Below are positions 25,964 through 32,000 of a DNA stretch of 32,000 nucleotides, in pieces. Below the pieces are notes generated by a model. That model was not told the origin of the DNA, ran no database searches, and was given only the letters and a program-made list of their open reading frames with translations. This DNA comes from Thermococcus kodakarensis KOD1 (lineage in GTDB: Archaea; Methanobacteriota_B; Thermococci; Thermococcales; Thermococcaceae), in assembly GCF_000009965.1 (NCBI RefSeq), contig NC_006624.1, positions 1,050,001 through 1,082,000 on the forward strand. Direction: 5' to 3'. The position numbers and the translations under genes were made by a program. Position 1 is the stretch's first letter; each line of letters starts with the position of its first letter.

Positions 25964-27223
25964 ATGATTGAAGTCTCACTGCCCCACGTGACCTTTGAAG
26001 ATGTCGGCGATAGCATAAGGCTGGTATGGAGAGAGACACTTTACGCGGACTTCGACAAAAAAGAGCTGATCAGAGTAATCAAGCGTAAGTACCGCGTAAA
26101 GCCCGAGTTAATTATAAAAGATGGGAGACTTTTCATTGACACTGATTATCCTGGAATTGAAAAGTACATTGCAATCTACATTCAGAACAATCTAGGAGCC
26201 CTTCTCAGGAACAGATACACCAAACGGAAAGTTCTTTACATCCACGAGGGCCTCGATGTCCCTCTCCTCGGCTACAACGCCTTTGGCCTGATCGACAGGG
26301 GAACTAACCTGATTCAGGTCAGGGGAGTGAGCGGCTGCAATCTCAGCTGCGTTTTCTGTTCCGTTGACGAGGGTCCCTATTCAAGAACAAGGAAGCTCGA
26401 CTACGTTGTTGACATAGACTATCTGATGAAGTGGTTTGATGAGGTTGCCCGGATAAAAGGAAAGGGCCTTGAGGCCCACCTCGACGGTCAGGGCGAACCT
26501 CTCATATATCCCTTCCGTGTAGAGCTCGTCCAGGCCCTCCGCGAGCACCCAAACGTCTCGGTTATTTCAATGCAGAGCAACGGGACGCTCCTGAACGACA
26601 AGCTGGTTGAGGAGCTGGCCGAGGCTGGCCTCGACAGGGTAAACCTCTCGATCCATTCCCTCGACCCAGACAAGGCGAAAATGCTGATGGGCAGGAAAGA
26701 CTACGATCTCCAGCACGTCCTCGACATGGCGGAGGCCCTTGTGAACGCAGGAATAGACGTTCTCATTGCACCCGTTATCATTTTCGGGGTGAACGACAAC
26801 GAGGCTGAGGCCTTCATAGAGTTCGCCAGAAAGATCGGCGCCGGAAAGCGCTGGCCCGCGCTGGGCTTCCAGAACTACGTTCCCTACAAGTTCGGTCGAA
26901 ACCCTGTCATAGCCAAGGTCAAGCCCTTCAAGGAATTCTATGCCTGGCTTAGGGCCCTTGAAGAAAAGACTGGAATGAAGCCCCTCGTTCTAAAGCCCGA
27001 ACACTTCGGGATGGAGAAGAGGGAGTTCATTCCCCTTGCATTCAGACCGGGAGAGGTCGTTAAGGCAGAGGTAGTTCTCCCAGGCAGGATAGAGGGAGAG
27101 ATGATAGCAAAAGCCAGAAACAGACTCATCGAAGTCATAAATACCAGAGCGGAAGTTGGGGACAGGATAAGGGTTAGAATAGTGAGAACCAGGCATGGAA
27201 TATACATCGGGACCCCCGTGTAG
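25964..27223 (+). CDS. Radical SAM protein (archaeal COG2100-type) with C-terminal TRAM/OB-like domain
   Basis: GVSGCNLSCVFCSVDEG (CX3CX2C) and GQGEPLIYP. The C-terminal EVVKAEVVLPGR...GDRIRVRIVRTRHGIYIGTP region is beta-rich. The start is ATG 25964 or GTG 25958. Confidence 0.85.
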   Translation: MIEVSLPHVTFEDVGDSIRLVWRETLYADFDKKELIRVIKRKYRVKPELIIKDGRLFIDTDYPGIEKYIAIYIQNNLGALLRNRYTKRKVLYIHEGLDVPLLGYNAFGLIDRGTNLIQVRGVSGCNLSCVFCSVDEGPYSRTRKLDYVVDIDYLMKWFDEVARIKGKGLEAHLDGQGEPLIYPFRVELVQALREHPNVSVISMQSNGTLLNDKLVEELAEAGLDRVNLSIHSLDPDKAKMLMGRKDYDLQHVLDMAEALVNAGIDVLIAPVIIFGVNDNEAEAFIEFARKIGAGKRWPALGFQNYVPYKFGRNPVIAKVKPFKEFYAWLRALEEKTGMKPLVLKPEHFGMEKREFIPLAFRPGEVVKAEVVLPGRIEGEMIAKARNRLIEVINTRAEVGDRIRVRIVRTRHGIYIGTPV

Positions 27224-27376
27224 TTCAAGATGCTCCAACATTCCAGACAAGATTTGTAACATTGTGAGCAATCCAAACTAATTGGGCGAACATTTGTAAA
27301 ATTTCCAATAAAATACCTTTCTAATAGCATAATCCTTAAATACGATGAAAAGTTTAACTACAATTGGGGGAGGGGA

Positions 27377-27931
27377 ATGAAAAGGGCCATAATTTCGATA
27401 GTTATGTTAATTTTGCTCATAATGGTGTACACTAACGTAATGTCTGCACTTGGTTCTATCTCCAACGTGCTCAACGGAATCACCGACCCCCTCCAAGACC
27501 CGGACAAGCTCGTCAACGGCATCAATGTGGGGAAAAACAACATGCCCCAGTTAAACCCCGCTGGCAACCAGATAGAATATCTAGCGGAGAACACACCGCT
27601 TCCAGGATCGGGGGTGTATACTGTAGATCAGATGAACGAGAGTCTCCTCAGGGAAGTCCTAGACCCAACCGACTGGTACGTGGGAAACACCTCCCTCAGC
27701 TCAGACTACGCGTACAGAGTGTACAACGACACTCTGAAGGTCGTGAAGAACTCGACCGAAACATCGAAGTCAATAATAGAGAAGTTTCTTGGGGTCTTCA
27801 AAATCGGCACAGACAACAACGAAACTCAAAATGGACTTGGACAACTACTGGAGGATGCCCTGGAAAAAGTTCAGAACATCACCGAATCAACCGAGGACTA
27901 CATCAACTCCGTATTTGGAGATAAACAGTGA
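27377..27931 (+). CDS. Hypothetical N-terminally anchored or secreted protein, sequon-rich
   Basis: N-terminal TM/signal segment IISIVMLILLIMVY, six N-x-S/T sequons in the C-terminal half, and GGGGGAGGGG SD upstream. Confidence 0.7.
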   Translation: MKRAIISIVMLILLIMVYTNVMSALGSISNVLNGITDPLQDPDKLVNGINVGKNNMPQLNPAGNQIEYLAENTPLPGSGVYTVDQMNESLLREVLDPTDWYVGNTSLSSDYAYRVYNDTLKVVKNSTETSKSIIEKFLGVFKIGTDNNETQNGLGQLLEDALEKVQNITESTEDYINSVFGDKQ

Positions 27932-28015
27932 TCGCCGTACATTACTTCCCCATCTATACTGCTTAAGAGTATTGCCATGAAAGGTTAGTTCTTGAAAAGC
28001 GATGAAAAAGAATAA

Positions 28016-29149
28016 TCAGATGAAGCGGGAGCTTTTAACTTTCAGCTCCCCTTTTTCATATAGCCCAACCAGGATTTTTGCAATCTTCTCTCCGGCTTTT
28101 CCGTCCCCGAACGGGTTAGGTGCCTTTGCCATTTTCTCATAGAAGTCTCTGTCCTCAATCAGCCTTTGCAGGTAGCGGAGAACCCTCTCCCTTTCAAGGC
28201 CCACTAAGATATTGCCCCCAGCTTTGACTGTTTCCGGCCTTTCAGTATTGTAACGGAGGGTCAGGCAGGGCACGTCGAGAATTATCGCCTCCTCCTGAAC
28301 ACCTCCCGAGTCGGTCATTACGGCGAAGGCGTTCTTCTCCAGCCTCAGAAAGTCGAGGTAACCGAGCGGTTTGGTGAGTATAAGGTTCTCTATCGAGGCA
28401 ACCCGTTCCCAGAGACCAAACCTCTTGAGCCTGCCCTCTGTCCTCGGATGGATAGGGTAAACGGCCATCATCGGAAGACTTTCGAGGATTTCAACAAGCC
28501 TGGTAAGGTTCTCCCAGCTGTCGGTGTTCTCGGCGCGGTGGGCCGTTATGAGGATGTACTCTTTGGGCTTAAGGTCAAGCCTCTCGAGGACGTCGCTCTT
28601 TTTCTCCGCCACCAGGGAGTTCTGGAGTACGGCGTCAACTATTGTATTCCCCACAACATAGACGTTTTCCGTTATGCCCTCCCGCTCGAGGTTTTTCCTG
28701 GCTTCTTCGGTCGGAGGGAACAGGACTTCGCTCGCATGGTCAGCTAGGATTCTGTTTATCTCCTCGGGCATCGTCCGATCAAAGCTCCTCAGCCCAGCCT
28801 CAACGTGGGCGACGGGTATCTTCAGCTTCACGCTCGCCAGAGCACCCGCTAGAACGGTGTTGGTGTCGCCCTGTACTAAAGTAACGTCGGGTCTCTCCTC
28901 CATCAAGACTTTCTCGATTTTAATCATGGCCTTCCCCGTCTGCTCCGCCTGAGTTCCAGAGCCTACTTCGAGGTGGTAGTCTATCGGCGGAAGCTCAAGT
29001 TCCTCAAGGAAAATCCTACTCATCTCGTAGTCGTAGTGCTGGCCGGTATGAATGAGCAACGGCTTAATTCCCATTTCAAGGAAAGCCCTTACGACGGGGG
29101 CCAGCTTGATGATTTCGGGCCTGGTCCCAAACACAAGGGCGGGTTTCAA
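28016..29149 (-). CDS. wecB: UDP-N-acetylglucosamine 2-epimerase (non-hydrolysing)
   Basis: VFGTRPEIIKLAPV, HTGQHYDYEMS and DSGGVQEE signatures. Confidence 0.92.
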   Translation of the reverse strand: MKPALVFGTRPEIIKLAPVVRAFLEMGIKPLLIHTGQHYDYEMSRIFLEELELPPIDYHLEVGSGTQAEQTGKAMIKIEKVLMEERPDVTLVQGDTNTVLAGALASVKLKIPVAHVEAGLRSFDRTMPEEINRILADHASEVLFPPTEEARKNLEREGITENVYVVGNTIVDAVLQNSLVAEKKSDVLERLDLKPKEYILITAHRAENTDSWENLTRLVEILESLPMMAVYPIHPRTEGRLKRFGLWERVASIENLILTKPLGYLDFLRLEKNAFAVMTDSGGVQEEAIILDVPCLTLRYNTERPETVKAGGNILVGLERERVLRYLQRLIEDRDFYEKMAKAPNPFGDGKAGEKIAKILVGLYEKGELKVKSSRFI

Positions 29150-30417
29150 TATTCACCCCTCCCTATGCCCTTAAAGAGGAAGCCTCTCGGAGGTTTGTCT
29201 ATGATGTGTCTGCCGTCTATCAGAATCTTCGTCCTCATAAGCTTCCCAAGCTCCTCCCAGTTGAGGTTCTTAAAGGCCGTGTGGTCAGTGGCGATAACCG
29301 CCGCGTCGGCACCCCTCAGAGCCTCCTCCAGGCTTTCAGCGCTTCCCCCAACAAACGGGTCATAGCTTCTGACTTCCCTGACGTCGTCCTTTATGGCGTC
29401 TATAAAAGCTATGGCAGGGGAGTTCCTCGTGTCGTCGCTGTTTCCCTTGTAAGCCAGCCCAAGGACGGCAACCACGGCCTCTTCAGGTGGAACGTTAAGC
29501 TGCTTAAACGCAGAAAACAGAAGGTCTTTCGTGAAGAGCGGCATTGAGTCGTTTATCTCCCTGGCGGTTCTTATGAGGCCAAAATCTTCCTTAGCCGGCC
29601 AGAGGAGAAGGTGGGGATCCTTAGGAAGGCAGTGGCCGCCGACACCGATTCCCGGAAGGTGAATGTTCACGCGCGGGTGTGTATTGGCCAGTTCTATCGC
29701 CTCAAAGACGTTTACCCCGTACTGGTGGGCGAGGAAGGCGAACTCGTTCGCCAAGGCAATGTTCACATCGCGGAAGGTGTTCTCCATGAGCTTCACGACC
29801 TCGCTAACGGTGGAACTTGTCTTGAAAGTCTGCCCCTTCACAAAGGAGCGGTAGAGCTTTTCAGCTATCTCTGAGCTCTCTGGGGTTATCCCGCCAAAGA
29901 TTCTGGAGTTATAGACAAGTTCCTTGAATATCCTGCCAGGCATAACCCTCTCGGGCGCGTGCACCATGTAGAAATCCTCGCCTGCCTTGAATCCCCTTAT
30001 CTCCTCGATGAGCTTCGCCATTTTGACAGTCGTCAGCGGGGGGACTGTGCTCTCTATCACGACAAGGGAACCCTTTTTCATCCGCTCTGCGACTGTTCTG
30101 ACCGCGCTTTCAAGGTAGCTCAGGTCGGGGGTTTTGTCTTCCTTTAGGGGGGTCTGGACGCAGATTATATAGGCGTCTTTGTTCCTTATCTCCTCAGGGT
30201 CAGAAGTCGCCCGCAGGTTGCCGCTTGAGACGGCCTTCTTCAGGAGTTCGTCTATTTCGGGCTCTATTATGTGAGCTTTTCCAGAGTTTATGCTCCTAAC
30301 AACGTCTTCTCGTATCTCATAACCAGTGACCCTAAACCCTGCATTCGCGAACATTATCGCAGTCGGCAGCCCAATGTATCCGAGCCCGATTACGGCTATT
30401 TCCTTCACATCTACCAC
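29146..30417 (-). CDS. wecC: UDP-N-acetyl-D-mannosamine dehydrogenase / nucleotide-sugar dehydrogenase
   Basis: N-terminal Rossmann IAVIGLGYIGLPTA and catalytic-Cys context GVGGHCLPKDP. It overlaps wecB by 4 nt. Confidence 0.9.
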   Translation of the reverse strand: MVDVKEIAVIGLGYIGLPTAIMFANAGFRVTGYEIREDVVRSINSGKAHIIEPEIDELLKKAVSSGNLRATSDPEEIRNKDAYIICVQTPLKEDKTPDLSYLESAVRTVAERMKKGSLVVIESTVPPLTTVKMAKLIEEIRGFKAGEDFYMVHAPERVMPGRIFKELVYNSRIFGGITPESSEIAEKLYRSFVKGQTFKTSSTVSEVVKLMENTFRDVNIALANEFAFLAHQYGVNVFEAIELANTHPRVNIHLPGIGVGGHCLPKDPHLLLWPAKEDFGLIRTAREINDSMPLFTKDLLFSAFKQLNVPPEEAVVAVLGLAYKGNSDDTRNSPAIAFIDAIKDDVREVRSYDPFVGGSAESLEEALRGADAAVIATDHTAFKNLNWEELGKLMRTKILIDGRHIIDKPPRGFLFKGIGRGEY

Positions 30418-30703
30418 CGGGGGGAGCTATCCTGGACGGAATAAAAGCCTTTTCCAGCCAACGGTTGTGAAAATGTTTTAGGGTGTGATAAGTTAGTTAG
30501 AAATGCCAGCCTCTCAAAAACCTGAGCGGATTTTGGGTGTAGTTGAAGGAAGACATTTAACAGCCAATTTCATCCAAAGAAAGGGTTAGAAAGCTTTTTC
30601 AATCAAAAGCAAGAGTTGAGGACACAGAAAAAAACGCCTTCACAACGGTTTTTTGGAAACCCTTATAATGGACAGATGCGTCCAGTTATTGGATGGTGGT
30701 AGA

Positions 30704-31807
30704 ATGAAGGTCTGGGTGGATATAACCAACGCGCCTCACGCTCACTTTTTCAAGGGCTTGATACGGGAGCTTGAGAAGTCCGGCTATGAGATTATAATCA
30801 CCACGAGGGAGTTTGACGGCCTGACCGGAATTCTCGATATGCTCGGCTTTGACTACTACGTCGTCGGGAAGCACGGAGGGGCTACTCTTGAAGGAAAACT
30901 TCTGGCAAGCTCGGAGAGGGTTTACAAACTCAGCAAGCTCATAATAGAGGAAAAGCCCGACCTGGCGATTTACAAGCACTCCGCAGAAGCTCCAAGGGTT
31001 GCATTTGGCCTCCAGGTACCCAGCATAGGCTTCATTGACAACGAGACCGCGATTGGTCAGAACAAGCTCATAGCCCCGTTCACAAAACTGCTCCTGTATC
31101 CAAGAGCTATTGATGCCTATGAGCTGATCAAGTGCGGTGCAGACCCGAACGGCATGAGGCCCGTTAACGGATTCTCCGAGCTAGCCCACCTCTACGGCTT
31201 TAAGCCCGAGAGAAAGGTTCTGAAAGAGCTTGGGGTGAAGCGCAACGGGTACATCGTTATGCGCACCGAACCCATAAAGGCCAACTACTTCAACGGCGAC
31301 ATAAAGAGCATTCTTGAGGACGTCATACCCCTTCTTCCAGACATCCCAATAGTCCTGTTCCCGAGAACTGAAGAGCAGAGGAAGCGCTTTGAGCGCTTTG
31401 ACAACGTCATAATGCCAGAAAAGCCCGTGGACAGCTTGAGCCTTCTTTACTACGCCAGACTGATGATAGGAGCAGGGGGAACGATGAACAGGGAGGCAAT
31501 AGCCCTCGGGACTCCAACGATCTCCACTTACCCTGGAAAACTGCTCGCCGTTACCAAGTGGCTCGTTGAGCTTGGGGTAAAGTTCCACTCAACGGATCCC
31601 CTGGAAGTTGCCACAGTGGCGGAAAGGATGATAGAAATGAACGGCAGTTACAGGAACTACATCCGGAGCGTTGTTTCGGGGCTTGAGAACCCAATGGAGG
31701 TAATCCTGAAGGAGATAGAAACATATGAAACCGAGGGAACTTTCCTCGTCTCATCAGAGGCCGGCAACGTTGGGAGTTATGTAAGCCTCGATAAACGCAG
31801 CGATTAA
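30704..31807 (+). CDS. DUF354-family protein (predicted GT-B-like glycosyltransferase/epimerase-like)
   Basis: MKVWVDITNAPHAHFFKGLIRELEKSGYEIIITTREF matches the DUF354 N-terminus as I remember it. TTATAA at 30663-30668 and GGTGGT SD favour ATG 30704 over the upstream starts. Confidence 0.78.
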   Translation: MKVWVDITNAPHAHFFKGLIRELEKSGYEIIITTREFDGLTGILDMLGFDYYVVGKHGGATLEGKLLASSERVYKLSKLIIEEKPDLAIYKHSAEAPRVAFGLQVPSIGFIDNETAIGQNKLIAPFTKLLLYPRAIDAYELIKCGADPNGMRPVNGFSELAHLYGFKPERKVLKELGVKRNGYIVMRTEPIKANYFNGDIKSILEDVIPLLPDIPIVLFPRTEEQRKRFERFDNVIMPEKPVDSLSLLYYARLMIGAGGTMNREAIALGTPTISTYPGKLLAVTKWLVELGVKFHSTDPLEVATVAERMIEMNGSYRNYIRSVVSGLENPMEVILKEIETYETEGTFLVSSEAGNVGSYVSLDKRSD

Positions 31808-32000
31808 GAGCATCAGCAAAACCACAATGTAAAGCCTCAAGGCCTGGAGGGCACCCTCTTTGAGGCCTTTTCCCTTATCTTCTGACTCCATAATCCTGCG
31901 GTACCAGCACATACCTGCCGCTCCGGCCAGGAGTATCGCGGGGATTTCTACAATCCCGTGTGGCACAAGGCCCAAAATGAGAGTTTTTACTGGGATTCCT
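31754..32000 (-). CDS. SpoIIM-like (DUF95) membrane protein, C-terminal part (5' end beyond the window)
   Basis: HGIVEIPAILLAGAAG and FIEAYITP motifs. The ORF is open to the window edge. Its 3' end overlaps the convergent DUF354 gene by 54 nt. Confidence 0.7.
   Translation of the reverse strand, partial: GIPVKTLILGLVPHGIVEIPAILLAGAAGMCWYRRIMESEDKGKGLKEGALQALRLYIVVLLMLLIAAFIEAYITPNVAGL

Noticed and set aside
27358-27594. 78-aa minus-strand ORF overlapping the start of the secreted-protein gene
   Set aside because: It is antisense to a better-supported ORF that has a strong SD and a signal anchor, and it has no signals of its own.
30485-30525. Second C/D-box sRNA (GTGATAA ... CTGA) in the wecC/DUF354 spacer
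   Set aside because: The C box has a mismatch at a critical position (GUGAUAA). The box spacing is only 30 nt. There is no terminal stem and no suitably placed TATA box.
31754-31807. 54-nt convergent overlap of the DUF354 and SpoIIM-like genes as a regulatory antisense feature
   Set aside because: It is more simply explained by a poorly conserved C-terminal tail on DUF354. Convergent 3' overlaps are common in compact archaeal genomes. The same applies to the 4-nt stop/stop overlap at 6337-6340.

Overview
The window looks like a chromosomal segment from a hyperthermophilic euryarchaeon of the Thermococcales type. Supporting signs are Glu/Lys/Ile-rich proteins, GGTGA/GGAGG Shine-Dalgarno motifs, TTTATAA-type TATA boxes, oligo-T terminators and tightly overlapping operons. 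About a third of the window (15315-25069, minus strand) is a complete 13-gene Mrp-antiporter/complex-I-like respiratory operon. Gene order and the loss of cysteines in the catalytic subunit identify it as Mbx/MBS (membrane-bound sulfane-sulfur reductase) rather than the Mbh hydrogenase. Its promoter carries SurR-type GTTn3AAC boxes. The rest is mostly housekeeping or conserved archaeal genes: pyrG (partial), queE, a RuvB-like/TIP49 AAA+ protein, a PEBP lipoprotein, a SemiSWEET-like PQ-loop protein, a CPHC thioredoxin-fold lipoprotein with CcdA, Lrp/AsnC with a class-III aminotransferase, an NCS2 permease, an ACT regulator, a COG2100-type radical SAM protein, wecB/wecC and DUF354. The most unusual locus is a compact, translationally coupled three-gene operon at 6337-8247 (minus strand). 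It encodes a Cys-rich DUF2284-like protein, a 157-aa minimal CARF-like protein and a 329-aa PIN-domain protein, with no cas genes or CRISPR array anywhere in the window. I read it as a candidate orphan split sensor-nuclease module responsive to cyclic oligoadenylate or another nucleotide. This rests on motif reading only and needs profile and structure searches. Two candidate small RNAs were also found: a C/D-box-like sRNA with its own TATA box at about 3771-3829, and a double GC-hairpin element at 1993-2057. No tRNA, rRNA, CRISPR array, transposase or integrase was seen.
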